Assembly (NCBI GenBank): GCA_965228735.1
Contig: OZ245838.1
Span: forward strand, 2,560,001 to 2,624,000
Length of the DNA stretch: 64,000 nucleotides
From: Planctomycetota bacterium
GTDB taxonomy: Bacteria > Planctomycetota > UBA1135 > UBA2386
Reading direction: 5' to 3'
The translations under genes and the position numbers were made by a program. Shown one piece after another: positions 25,659 to 35,056 of this stretch; positions within the stretch are counted from its first letter, which is position 1; each line of letters opens with the position of its first letter. The notes beneath the pieces were generated by a model that saw nothing but the letters and a program-made list of their open reading frames with translations, ran no database searches and had not been told where the DNA came from.

Positions 25659-28600
25659 TCAGGCCCAGAGCACCAGCCCGCGCACCTTGGCGTCGTGCGG
25701 GCCGTGACCCGGGATCCGAACGCGCATGCCGTAGCTGTACTGCCCCGAGTGCTCGACACGATACCCGCCGTCGAAGCCGTGCACCCGCGCATCGCTCTCG
25801 CCCGAGCCGTCCGGCCTCACGAGTCCGGCGTGCTGCATCGGCACGACGACCACCGCGGGGTCGTCGCCGGACCGCGTGACGACGAGCTCGACGAGCACGT
25901 CCTCCGGCGTGAGCCCCGCGAGATCCGCTTCGAGCCGGACCTCGAGGTGCTGCCCGACCTTGAAGCTCAGCAGATCGACCGTCGTCGCCGCGGTGATGCG
26001 CACCTTGTCGAACGCCGACCGCAGGCGCGCGAAGTTCTTCGCGGCCTCGCGCGCGGGCCGCTTGCGCTCGCCCTGCTCGACGAAGTAGTTCGCGGCCAGC
26101 GGTCGATACGCCCGTTCGAGGTAGTCGCCCACCATGCGATCGGTGCTGAACATCGCCGGCACGGTCGCGAGCGTGTGTCGCATCCGCTTCGCCCACTCGG
26201 TCGGCACGCCAGCGCCGTCACGATCGAAGTAGGTCGCGACGACGTCCTCCTCGAGCAACCGGTAGAGCGCCGTCGCGTCGGCTTCGTTCTGCAGCTCCTG
26301 CCGCTCGTAGACCCTGGGGCCGGCGATCGTCCAGCCGTTCTCGCCGTCGGCCGCTTCGGGCCACCAGCCGTCCGCGATCGACAGGTTGAGGACGCCGTTG
26401 GCCGCGGCCTTCATGCCCGACGTGCCGCTGGCCTCCTCCATCCGGGTCGGCGTGTTGACCCAGACGTCGACGCCCTGGACGAGCGCGCGCGCGACCGCCA
26501 TGTCGTAGTTGTCGACGAAGAACACCTTGCCGATGAACTCCGGCGACCGCGCGATCTGCACGATCGACTTCAGGATGTCCTGCCCGCGTTCGTCGCGCGG
26601 GTGCGCCTTGCCGGACACGACGATGCGCACGGGGCGCTCGGGGTCGGAGAGAATCCGCTGCAGCCGCTCCGGATCGGAGAACAGCAGATGCGCGCGCTTG
26701 TAGGGCGCGAACCGCCGGGCGAACCCGAGGTAGAGCGCGTCCTCCGCGAGGCCGGCGAGCATCGAGCTCAGGACCGTCGGACTGTCGCCGCGCGACTGGA
26801 ACGTGGTCGTGAGCACGTTGCGCACCGCGGCCAGCATGCGCGACTTGTTCTGCCGGTGCGCAGCCCAGAGCTTCGGAAGCGCGATCGACTCGGCGGCCTC
26901 GAAGTGCTGCGGCCGCACCGCGCCCACGTCGCCGCCGCGCACGAGCCGGCCGATGTCCGGGTGCGTCCACGTCGAAAGGTGCACCCCGTTGGTCACGGCC
27001 GCGACCGGGATCTCGTCCTGCAGCAGACCCGGCCAGAAGTCCGCGAGCAGCTTCTGCGACGCCACGCCGTGCAGCTGGCTCACGCCGTTCACGAAGCCCG
27101 CGAAGTTCATCGCGAGATACGTCATGTTGAAGTCCGCCGCGGAGCTGCCGCCCGTCGCCTGGCCGAGCGCGAAGAAGCGCTCCCACGGCAGCCCGACCCA
27201 CTCCTCGGCGTCGCCGAAGTAGCGTCGCACGAGATCCTCGCCGAAGCGGTCGTGGCCCGCGGGCACGGGCGTGTGGGTCGTGAACAGCGTCGTGCGCGCG
27301 ACGTACTCGCGCGCCGCGTCGAACGGCAGGCCCTCGCCGCGCACGAGGCGGCTGACCCGCTCGAGCGTGAGGAACGCGGCGTGCCCCTCGTTCATGTGGT
27401 AGACCGCCGGCCGCACGCCGAGACCGCGCAGCAGTCGCACGCCGCCGCGGCCGAGCACGATCTCCTGCTGGATGCGCATCTCCGAGTCGCCGCCGTAGAG
27501 GTTGCGCGTGATGTCGCGGTCTTCGGGACGGTTCTTCGGCAGGTTGGCATCGAGCAGATACAGCGTGACGCGGCCGACCTGCGCCTTCCACGCCTGCAGG
27601 AAGACCTCGCGCCCGGGCAACGGCACCGAAGTTTCGAACGTGTTGCCGTCCGCGTCGCGCACCGGATCGAGCGCGAGCTGCCGCGGCAGGTTCTCCTTGT
27701 CGACCGCGACCTGCTGGCCGTCGCTCGACACCTGCTGGTGCATGTAGCCGAAGCGATAGAACAAACCGACGCCCACGAGCGGGATGCCGAGATCGCTCGC
27801 GCTCTTCAGGTGGTCGCCGGCGAGGATCCCGAGCCCACCGCTGTAGACGGGCAGCGAATGGTGGATGCCGAACTCCGCCGAGAAGTACGCGACCGGGCGC
27901 TCCTGGGACAGCGCCGCGTTCCGGCCGTTCGAATCGCCGTCGTGCCCTACGGTCAGCGGCTCGTCGACCGTCGCCATGTAGTCGTCGAAGCGGGCGACCG
28001 TCGCGCGCAGCCGTTCGAGATAGTCGGCATCGGCCGCCTTGCTCTCGAGCGCCTCGAGGCTCGCCCCCTGCAGGAACGCGACCGGGTTCTCGCCACCGGC
28101 CGCAAACCCGTCGGCGAGCTCTTCGAACAGGTCACGCACGCCCGGGTTCCAGACCCACCAGAAGTTGCGCGCGAGGCGTTCGAGACCGCGCAGACTCTCG
28201 GGCAGCGTCGCGGCCGCCTCGAACGTCGACAACCGCGGCGTCTTGCTCGCCCCGATCGACGGCAGCGCGCGGCGCGGCATGCGAAACTGCACGACCCCGG
28301 CCACGCTGCGCCGCTGCACCGCGGCGATCGCCTCACCGTAGGCGGTCTCGTAGTGCGCGAAGAAGTGCTGCCACTCGGTGCGTCCCGCCGCCGCGATGCA
28401 GCGCTCGCGCAGCGCGTCGCCTGCGCCGTGCTCGCCGTCGAGGTAGGCCCGCATCGTCGTGAGGAAGGACTCCACCACCTCCGCGTACGGCGCCCGTTCG
28501 CGCGCGAGCACCGCGATGCCGTCGGCCGGCGAGAGGCCCTCCGCGGTCGCCCACCGACCGAAACCCGCGAGGTCCGTCGTGATCGTCGGCACGCCGACGG

Positions 28601-29945
28601 CGAGCGCCTCCTGCGGCGTGTAGCCCCACGGCTCGTAGAACGACGGGTAGACCCCGAGGTCCATCGCGGCGAGCACGGCCTCGTACTCGCGCCCGAACAA
28701 TCCGTCGTCCGGCCGCAGGTAGATCGGCAGCTGCACGACCAAGGCATGCGACCCGCGCGCGTTCTGCAGGCCGAGGCGTTCGCAGTGCTTGATGGTCGCG
28801 TCGTTCTCCTCGTCGAAGAGGTTGTGCGTACAGATGCCGATCGGCTCGGCGTCCTGCGCGAGGTCGCCCTCGGCGAGCCGGTCCAGCAGCTCCGCGCGAA
28901 TGCCGGAGTTGCCGGCCGGAACCAGCAGGAACGCGACGATCTTGCGGCCCGCCTTCTGCTCCTCGACCTTCGCGAGCGCGTCGAGCAGGAGCTGGATGCC
29001 CTTGTTGTGGAACTCGTAGCGCCCCGCGATCGCGACGAACGCGAAGTCGCTCACGTCCTCGCCCGCCATCGCGCTCGCGATGCGCGCGAGGTCCTGCCGC
29101 ACGGCCGCGCGGTCGTCCCCCGCGAGCTCGCCGATGACCTCGAGGTCGATGCCATTGGGCAGCAGCGGCGCGGGGCGCCGTTCGTGCAACAGCTCGGCTT
29201 CCTTGCCGGTGATCGCGCTGACGGTCGTGAACACGTCGGCCTTCCGCGCGGCAACGCCCTCGAGCGAATGCTTGGCCTGGACGTTGTGCGTCGCCGCGAG
29301 CTCGGCCGGCGTCCGACCTCCGAGGCCGTTGTCGTCACTCCCTGGGTCCGGCGTGATGCCGAGCGACGCGAGCGCGCGGCCGAGCATCGTCGCGTGCGTC
29401 GTGAACACCGTGCCGATGCTCGGGATCCGATCCTGCAGGTAGAGCAACGCCGCCGCCGTCATCCACTCGTGGGCCTGCACCACCGCGCGCTTGCGGAACG
29501 GCGCGAGGTACTCCTCCCACCAGCGCTCGATGACCATCGCCGCGGCCGTCGCAAACAGCACGGGCTCGATGTAGTCCCAGCCGCCCGCGATCGAATCGAC
29601 ACCGTGGCGCTCCCAGAGTCCGGACAGGATCCCGTCCTTTCGGTCGTAGAGCCCGGAGAACCCGACGAGGATGCAGCGCGGTCGCCCGACGATGCGCCAG
29701 CGGCCGACGCGCACGGGCACGCCGAGGTCGCGGCACGATTCGATGAATGCCTCGTGACCGGGTTCGTCGTCGAACGGCGGCTGACCGCCCGTGCCGGACA
29801 GCACCTGCGGACCGATCGTCAGGTAGTCGTCGCCGTAGCGCCTGGCGGCGGTGACGGCCTTGCTCGACAGGACGGTGTGGATCCCACCGACCTTGTTGCA
29901 GACCTCCCAGCTGATCTCGAAGAGTTGGAACGAAACGTCGGGCAT
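25659..29945 (-). CDS. glgP: Fusion of GT3 glycogen synthase (N-terminal) and alpha-glucan phosphorylase GT35 (C-terminal)
   Basis: GT3: FEISWEVCNKVGGIHTV, FTTHAT, GRYEFHNKG, PSFYEPWGYTPQEA. GT35: AYFSAEFG..SLPVYSGGLGILAGDHLKSASD, HMNEGH, FARRFAPYKRA, EASGTSGMKAAANG (PLP lysine). Confidence 0.95.
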   Translation of the reverse strand: MPDVSFQLFEISWEVCNKVGGIHTVLSSKAVTAARRYGDDYLTIGPQVLSGTGGQPPFDDEPGHEAFIESCRDLGVPVRVGRWRIVGRPRCILVGFSGLYDRKDGILSGLWERHGVDSIAGGWDYIEPVLFATAAAMVIERWWEEYLAPFRKRAVVQAHEWMTAAALLYLQDRIPSIGTVFTTHATMLGRALASLGITPDPGSDDNGLGGRTPAELAATHNVQAKHSLEGVAARKADVFTTVSAITGKEAELLHERRPAPLLPNGIDLEVIGELAGDDRAAVRQDLARIASAMAGEDVSDFAFVAIAGRYEFHNKGIQLLLDALAKVEEQKAGRKIVAFLLVPAGNSGIRAELLDRLAEGDLAQDAEPIGICTHNLFDEENDATIKHCERLGLQNARGSHALVVQLPIYLRPDDGLFGREYEAVLAAMDLGVYPSFYEPWGYTPQEALAVGVPTITTDLAGFGRWATAEGLSPADGIAVLARERAPYAEVVESFLTTMRAYLDGEHGAGDALRERCIAAAGRTEWQHFFAHYETAYGEAIAAVQRRSVAGVVQFRMPRRALPSIGASKTPRLSTFEAAATLPESLRGLERLARNFWWVWNPGVRDLFEELADGFAAGGENPVAFLQGASLEALESKAADADYLERLRATVARFDDYMATVDEPLTVGHDGDSNGRNAALSQERPVAYFSAEFGIHHSLPVYSGGLGILAGDHLKSASDLGIPLVGVGLFYRFGYMHQQVSSDGQQVAVDKENLPRQLALDPVRDADGNTFETSVPLPGREVFLQAWKAQVGRVTLYLLDANLPKNRPEDRDITRNLYGGDSEMRIQQEIVLGRGGVRLLRGLGVRPAVYHMNEGHAAFLTLERVSRLVRGEGLPFDAAREYVARTTLFTTHTPVPAGHDRFGEDLVRRYFGDAEEWVGLPWERFFALGQATGGSSAADFNMTYLAMNFAGFVNGVSQLHGVASQKLLADFWPGLLQDEIPVAAVTNGVHLSTWTHPDIGRLVRGGDVGAVRPQHFEAAESIALPKLWAAHRQNKSRMLAAVRNVLTTTFQSRGDSPTVLSSMLAGLAEDALYLGFARRFAPYKRAHLLFSDPERLQRILSDPERPVRIVVSGKAHPRDERGQDILKSIVQIARSPEFIGKVFFVDNYDMAVARALVQGVDVWVNTPTRMEEASGTSGMKAAANGVLNLSIADGWWPEAADGENGWTIAGPRVYERQELQNEADATALYRLLEEDVVATYFDRDGAGVPTEWAKRMRHTLATVPAMFSTDRMVGDYLERAYRPLAANYFVEQGERKRPAREAAKNFARLRSAFDKVRITAATTVDLLSFKVGQHLEVRLEADLAGLTPEDVLVELVVTRSGDDPAVVVVPMQHAGLVRPDGSGESDARVHGFDGGYRVEHSGQYSYGMRVRIPGHGPHDAKVRGLVLWA

Positions 29946-29957
29946 TGGCTGTGGAAC

Positions 29958-31382
29958 TCAGGATGAAGCGTCGCCGCCACGCGATCGTTTGGCGGGCGGC
30001 GTCTTCTTCGCGGTGCGCTTCCGGGCCTTCTTCGCGGCCCCTTTCTTCGTGGCACCCTGCGGCGGTGTGCTTTGCTGCGGTGTCTTCTGCGGTGGTGTCT
30101 TCTGCGGCGGTGTCTTCTGCGGCGGTGTCTTTCGCTGGCGCGACGGCTCGACCGTGGCAGCGACGTGCACCGGCGCCGCTTCCCCGGCCCGCGCGCGGCG
30201 GACGGCGGCGCGCAGCTCGTCGACGGCGGTCATCACCGTGACGAACGCGGCGTGCGGCGTGTCGTACGGGCTGAAGTAGTCGTGCACCTCGGCGTCGCTG
30301 TGGTGCTTCGTCGCGACGTAGTAGACGTGGTCCGATGTCGTCAGTCGGCGCCAGGCGACCAGCAGATCGGGCCGCCGGTCGGCAACGGCCAACACGTCCG
30401 AACGCAGCGCGTAGATCGCCGCGTGCGCGGCCTCCTGCATCGGGTTGCCGAGCCACGCCGTGAGATTGCGCTCCTCGTCGGCCCACGACACGTGGGTCGG
30501 GATGTCGAGTTCGGCCGCGGCCGCGCGTTCGGCCGCGACCTGGGCCGGCGTGCGGAACCGGAACTGCGAGTCGTCGAGCACCTTGTTCGGCAGATGCCGC
30601 ATGAACTCGAGGATCCCCGTGTCCTCCGCCTGGTGCTCGCCGAAGGTCTCGTAGTCCATGAAGAGACCGACGAACTGGGCGGGCGACGGCACGTCGTGCA
30701 ACCACTCGGCGAACGTGTCGGCGAACAGCGGATAGCCCGGCCACTTGCGGTTGCTGAAGCGGAACGCGATGTCGTCGGACAGCGAGTAGCTGCGCAGCAG
30801 GAGCCGCAGCCGGTCGCAACCGCGCGGCCGATACGGCACCTGCGGGCTGCGCCAACCGAGGAGCCGATCGGCGCCCTCGCCGAGCATGCAGTCGAAGCCG
30901 AGGTCCTCGACCCGCTTGCAGATCGCGTTGTCGAGGATCAGCTCCGTGTTGCGGAACGTGGTCGGCTCGCCGAACAGCTCCGTCACGACCGCCTTCTGCG
31001 CCTCGACCTGCGCGACGAACTCGTCCGGGTCACCGATCGCCGCGAGGCTGTGGTGACTGGTCTCGCATAGGAACTCGACGTTCCCCGACTCGGCGAGGGC
31101 GACGAACGTATCCAGCGCGGCCGGCACCCAGTCGCGCAGCTGCGAGATCAGCGTGCCCGACAGCGAGAACGCGCAGCGGAACTGGCCGTCCGTGCGATCG
31201 ATCTGCTCGAGCAGCAGCTCGTTCATCGGCACGTAGCAGCGTTCGGCGACGCGCTCGGCGACCAGCCGATTGAGCGGCTCGTCGTAGTAGTCCTCGCCGT
31301 GGTGGCCGATGCGATCGCCGGGCCGCCACTTGTTGAGCCGGTACGGTTGATGCGCCTGGAAGTAGAAGACGATGTCGATCAC
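29958..31382 (-). CDS. Glycoside hydrolase family 57 (alpha-amylase-like) with a Lys/Pro-rich C-terminal tail
   Basis: FYFQAHQPYRL, ETSHHSL, FRNTELI, LSDDIAFRFS, FMDYETFGEHQ, SWADEERNLTAWLGN, LTTSDH; GTG start overlaps the upstream stop. Confidence 0.93.
   Translation of the reverse strand: MIDIVFYFQAHQPYRLNKWRPGDRIGHHGEDYYDEPLNRLVAERVAERCYVPMNELLLEQIDRTDGQFRCAFSLSGTLISQLRDWVPAALDTFVALAESGNVEFLCETSHHSLAAIGDPDEFVAQVEAQKAVVTELFGEPTTFRNTELILDNAICKRVEDLGFDCMLGEGADRLLGWRSPQVPYRPRGCDRLRLLLRSYSLSDDIAFRFSNRKWPGYPLFADTFAEWLHDVPSPAQFVGLFMDYETFGEHQAEDTGILEFMRHLPNKVLDDSQFRFRTPAQVAAERAAAAELDIPTHVSWADEERNLTAWLGNPMQEAAHAAIYALRSDVLAVADRRPDLLVAWRRLTTSDHVYYVATKHHSDAEVHDYFSPYDTPHAAFVTVMTAVDELRAAVRRARAGEAAPVHVAATVEPSRQRKTPPQKTPPQKTPPQKTPQQSTPPQGATKKGAAKKARKRTAKKTPPAKRSRGGDASS
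30059..30131. repeat. 15-nt tandem repeat encoding (Q/R)KTPP units in the GH57 tail
   Basis: GGTGTCTTCTGCGG(C/T) repeated ~3.5 times plus a degenerate copy. Confidence 0.85.
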
Positions 31383-33553
31383 GTCGTCCCTCGGGCAGGG
31401 CCGCGCGCCTTGCGGCCGGCACGGGCCTTCGGCTCGGCGGCCTCGGCCGCTGCCGAACGGACGAGCGCGAACGCGCGCAGCAGCTCGCCCGTGTTCCACG
31501 CCTGCGCGAACGTGCCGCCGGGGCGGTGCGGAGCGTCCCCGTCGAACACCTCGCTGACGTGCTCGAGCCCGGCGCGGTCCAGCTCGGTGGCGAAGCCGTC
31601 GAGCCAACGCGACAACTCGGCAACGACGTCCGCGCGTTCCCCCGGGGCTGCCGCCTGCAACGCGGCCTCGACGTAGAACCCGCCGGGCCACGGCCAGACG
31701 GTGCCCTGGTGATATGCCGCGTCGCGCGTCTCGATGCCGCCGCGGTAGCGCCCGCGGTACTCCGCGTCCCGCGGCGACAGCGTCCGCAGCCCGCACGGCG
31801 TGAGCAGCTCGGCGCGCGCCTTCTGCACGACGCCGGCGCGTTGCTCCGCGGTGAGCGGCGAACGCGCGAGGGCCGCCGCCATGAGCATGTTCGGGCGCAC
31901 CGCGGGGTCCGCGGCGCCTGCACCACCAGAACCATCGGCCAGCAGTCGATCCGCGAGGTAGCGATCCTCCGCGAGCCAGAACCGGTCGCGCAGAATCTCG
32001 CCGCACGCGGTCATCACCTCGCGGTATCGCCCGGCACCTTCGACGTCGCGTTCGACGAGGAACGCCAGCAGCGCGTACCACAACGCCTGGATCTCGATCG
32101 GATACCCGGCGCGCGGCGTGACCGGCCCGGCACTCGTCTGCGCGTCCATCCAGGTCGCGTTGAGGTCCGGACCGCCGGCCGCGAGCAGACCGTTGGTCTC
32201 GACGTGCAGGCCGAGGTCGGTGCCGGCGAGATAGGCCTCGGCGATCTGCACGAGGGCCGGCACGTAGTCGCGCTGCAGGAGCTCGTCATCGGCGGTCTCC
32301 GCGTCGGCGTAACGCTGCACGGCGAGCGCATACCACAGCGCCGCGTCACAGCTGCCGTAGTCACTCGCCGCGACGGTCGCAGCGTAGATGTTCGGCAGCA
32401 GCCCGTGCTGCAGGAACGGCAACGCCTCGCTGAGCACGCGCTCCATGAGATCGACGCGGCCACGCGCCAGCGCGAGTCCGGGCAGCGCGAGGAAGACGTC
32501 GCGCCCCCATTCGCCGAACCACGGAAAGCCCGCGAGCACGCCGAGACGGCCGCCCGGCCCCTCGTAGAAGAAGTCGTCGGCCGCGGCCGCGAGCCGCGCC
32601 GTCACGCCATTGCCCGGATCCAGATAGCCCGGATCCAGATGGCCCGGATCCAGATAACCCGGATCCGCGGCGGCGGCGTCCGCGGCGGCGGGATCGACGG
32701 CACCCGCCAGAGACCCGCTCGCGAACGCGCGCGCCCGCGTCATCCGCACGCCGCCGGCGCGTTCGTCCGCGGTCCACTCGGCGAGCGGATCGGCGCACGG
32801 CTCACCGAGCCGGAACGCGACCGTCGCGCTCGCGCCGACCGGGATGTCGAGTTCGAGCTTGCCGGGCGTCCACCGATCGCCGACGTGGTCGTAGCCACGC
32901 TCACGATCGATGTCGTACTCGAAGCCGCGATACCAGTCGGGCTGGCTGGTGAACGCCGCGACGCCGGCGGCCGTGAGCCAGAGCGGCGGCAGCGAATCGT
33001 CGGGGCGGAAGCCCCAGCTCGCCCCGCGCGCGTGCACTGTGGCGTCGAACTCGAGCGCCTTCGCCGAGCGCGGCGCGCCGCTCCGAACGAGATGGTTGGC
33101 GTTGCACCATCCGAGCAGCGGCCGCACGACGAGCCGGATCGGTCCGTCGCCGCGGTTGTGCCAGCGCACGAGCAGCGTCGGGCTCGCGTCCCCACGGCTG
33201 CCGCCGCCGTCGAACCCACCGCGCAGGCGGAGCGAGCGCGCGAGCGTGAACGCGCCGTGCCGGAACGTGTAGGTCGGCTCCGGCCAGCGCGCGAACGTCA
33301 CGTCGACCGGCGGGCGCATCGGTTCGACCAAACCGGACCAGCGCGCGTGCAGCAACGAGACCACCTCGCCTCCGACCGCGAGCTGTTCGTCGAACCCGGC
33401 GACGAGGCAGTAGCGCTGCGCCGTCGCGGTCGCGCGGGCGATCCACGCCGCGTGGTACCGCCGCCGCGCCCGGTCGTCGGCCGCCCCGCACGCGTAGCCG
33501 CCCTGACCGTCGGTCAGCAACCACTCGGCGTCGGCGGGCATCGAGAAGGACAT
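31379..33553 (-). CDS. Glycogen debranching enzyme (GDE N-terminal domain plus amylo-alpha-1,6-glucosidase)
   Basis: EWLLTDGQGGYA, RRYHA, LAGFPWFGEWGRD, TWMDA..PVTPR.G.PIEIQALWY, GLRTLSP, AYHQGTVWPW, SEVFDGDAPH.P.G..AQAW. Confidence 0.93.
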   Translation of the reverse strand: MSFSMPADAEWLLTDGQGGYACGAADDRARRRYHAAWIARATATAQRYCLVAGFDEQLAVGGEVVSLLHARWSGLVEPMRPPVDVTFARWPEPTYTFRHGAFTLARSLRLRGGFDGGGSRGDASPTLLVRWHNRGDGPIRLVVRPLLGWCNANHLVRSGAPRSAKALEFDATVHARGASWGFRPDDSLPPLWLTAAGVAAFTSQPDWYRGFEYDIDRERGYDHVGDRWTPGKLELDIPVGASATVAFRLGEPCADPLAEWTADERAGGVRMTRARAFASGSLAGAVDPAAADAAAADPGYLDPGHLDPGYLDPGNGVTARLAAAADDFFYEGPGGRLGVLAGFPWFGEWGRDVFLALPGLALARGRVDLMERVLSEALPFLQHGLLPNIYAATVAASDYGSCDAALWYALAVQRYADAETADDELLQRDYVPALVQIAEAYLAGTDLGLHVETNGLLAAGGPDLNATWMDAQTSAGPVTPRAGYPIEIQALWYALLAFLVERDVEGAGRYREVMTACGEILRDRFWLAEDRYLADRLLADGSGGAGAADPAVRPNMLMAAALARSPLTAEQRAGVVQKARAELLTPCGLRTLSPRDAEYRGRYRGGIETRDAAYHQGTVWPWPGGFYVEAALQAAAPGERADVVAELSRWLDGFATELDRAGLEHVSEVFDGDAPHRPGGTFAQAWNTGELLRAFALVRSAAAEAAEPKARAGRKARGPARGTT
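32612..32666. repeat. 15-nt in-frame tandem repeat (DPGYL/DPGHL) inside the debranching enzyme
   Basis: GCCCGGATCCAGAT(A/G) x3 plus a partial fourth copy. Confidence 0.9.
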
Positions 33554-33690
33554 GGCAGAAAGGCGACGGGCGCGAGCCCCGGCAGCGACCAAAGACAGTA
33601 CGGGGCCCCGCCCCGGGATCAACGTTCGGGGAATCGGCGGCTCGGCCTTCATCCGGACGCGGTCAACCTGCATTCTTGACGCACCTCGCC

Positions 33691-34941
33691 ATGGTTCCCC
33701 TCGACCTGCAGAACACCATCACGTTCATCCTCGCCGGGGGCGAAGGCTCACGCCTCAAGCCGCTGACGGAGCAGCGCGCGAAACCCGCGGTGCCGTTCGG
33801 CGGCAGCTACCGGATCATCGATTTCACGCTGAGCAACTGCATCCACTCGGGCCTGCGGCGCATCCACCTGCTGACGCAGTATCAGGCGCGGTCGCTCGAG
33901 GAGCACATCCGCTTCGGCTGGAACTTCCTGCCGCGGCGCCTCGAGCAGTGGATCACGTGCCGGCCGCCGCTGCACGGCTCCGTCAGCAAGTGGTACCGCG
34001 GCACGGCCGACGCGATCTACCACAACATCGACGCGATCGAGGACTGGAGCCCGTCGAACGTGCTCGTGCTGTCGGGTGATCACATCTACCACATGGACTA
34101 CCGCGACATGTTGCGGGAGCACGTGGAGCACAGCGCCGCGCTGACGATCGGTGCGGTGCGGATTCCGGTCGCGGAGGCGCACGCGTTCGGCATCCTGCAG
34201 ATCGCGGCCGACGGTCGCGTCACGGGCTTCGCCGAGAAGCCGAAGGAAAACGCGCCGGAGATCCCGGGCGACCCGGGCTACTGCCTCGCGTCGATGGGCA
34301 TCTACGTCTTCGAGACGGTCGAGCTGATCAAGCGACTCAGAGAAGACCACGAGCTGCCCGAGGGCGAGGGCGGCGACTTCGGTCATCACGTGATCCCGCG
34401 GATGCTCGACGAGGTGCCGATCTACGTGCACTTCTTCCGCGGCCCGGGCGGTGAGGACGACGACAACGTCACGCCCTACTGGCGCGACGTCGGCACCATC
34501 GAGGCGTATTTCGACGCCAACATGGACCTCTGCAACGTCAAGCCGCAGCTCAACCTCTACCGCCAGGACTGGCCGACCTACACGCTGTGGCACAACGACC
34601 CGCCGGCCAAGACGGTGTTCTCCGAAGAAGGGGACGGCCGCCGCGCCGAAGTGCACGACTCGCTGCTCTCACCAGGCGTCGTCGTGTCCGGCGCGAAGGT
34701 CCACCAGTCGCTGCTGAGCAACCGCGTCTACGTCGACGAACACGCCGAGGTCGAGCAGTCGATCGTGATGCGCGGCGCGACGATCGGCAAGCGCTGCCGG
34801 CTGCGCCGCGTCATCGTCGACAAGTGGACGAAGATCCCCGACGGCACCGAGATCGGCTACGACGAGGAAGCCGACCGCGCCCGCTTCACCGTCAGCAGCA
34901 CCGGCATCGTGGTCGTGCCCCACGGCTACCGCTTCGAGTGA
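33691..34941 (+). CDS. glgC: Glucose-1-phosphate adenylyltransferase
   Basis: ILAGGEGSRLKPLT..RAKPAVPFGG.YRIIDF.LSNC, WYRGTADA, LSGDHIY.MDY, FAEKP, ASMGIYVF, YWRDVGT. Confidence 0.98.
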   Translation: MVPLDLQNTITFILAGGEGSRLKPLTEQRAKPAVPFGGSYRIIDFTLSNCIHSGLRRIHLLTQYQARSLEEHIRFGWNFLPRRLEQWITCRPPLHGSVSKWYRGTADAIYHNIDAIEDWSPSNVLVLSGDHIYHMDYRDMLREHVEHSAALTIGAVRIPVAEAHAFGILQIAADGRVTGFAEKPKENAPEIPGDPGYCLASMGIYVFETVELIKRLREDHELPEGEGGDFGHHVIPRMLDEVPIYVHFFRGPGGEDDDNVTPYWRDVGTIEAYFDANMDLCNVKPQLNLYRQDWPTYTLWHNDPPAKTVFSEEGDGRRAEVHDSLLSPGVVVSGAKVHQSLLSNRVYVDEHAEVEQSIVMRGATIGKRCRLRRVIVDKWTKIPDGTEIGYDEEADRARFTVSSTGIVVVPHGYRFE

Positions 34942-34949
34942 AGCATCTT

Positions 34950-35056
34950 TGCCGTACGGTACCTTGCCGTACGGTACCTGGTTCATGCTGCCGGCCGCGA
35001 GGGCGGCTCGCAGGTGGCGTTGCGGCGGCCGGCAGCATGAACCAGGTACCGTACGG
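34950..35056. repeat. Perfect 32-bp inverted repeat with a 26-nt spacer between convergent genes, preceded by a 15-nt tandem duplication
   Basis: 34967..34998 CCGTACGGTACCTGGTTCATGCTGCCGGCCGC equals the reverse complement of 35025..35056; TGCCGTACGGTACCT occurs twice at 34950..34979. Confidence 0.92.

Noticed and set aside
25599..29966. 1455-aa plus-strand ORF, and similar long antisense ORFs (10503..12647, 14138..16318, 17729..19987, 31526..33679, 43181..46105)
   Set aside because: Shadow ORFs opposite well-supported genes; stop-poor because of high GC and codon bias; no recognisable motifs
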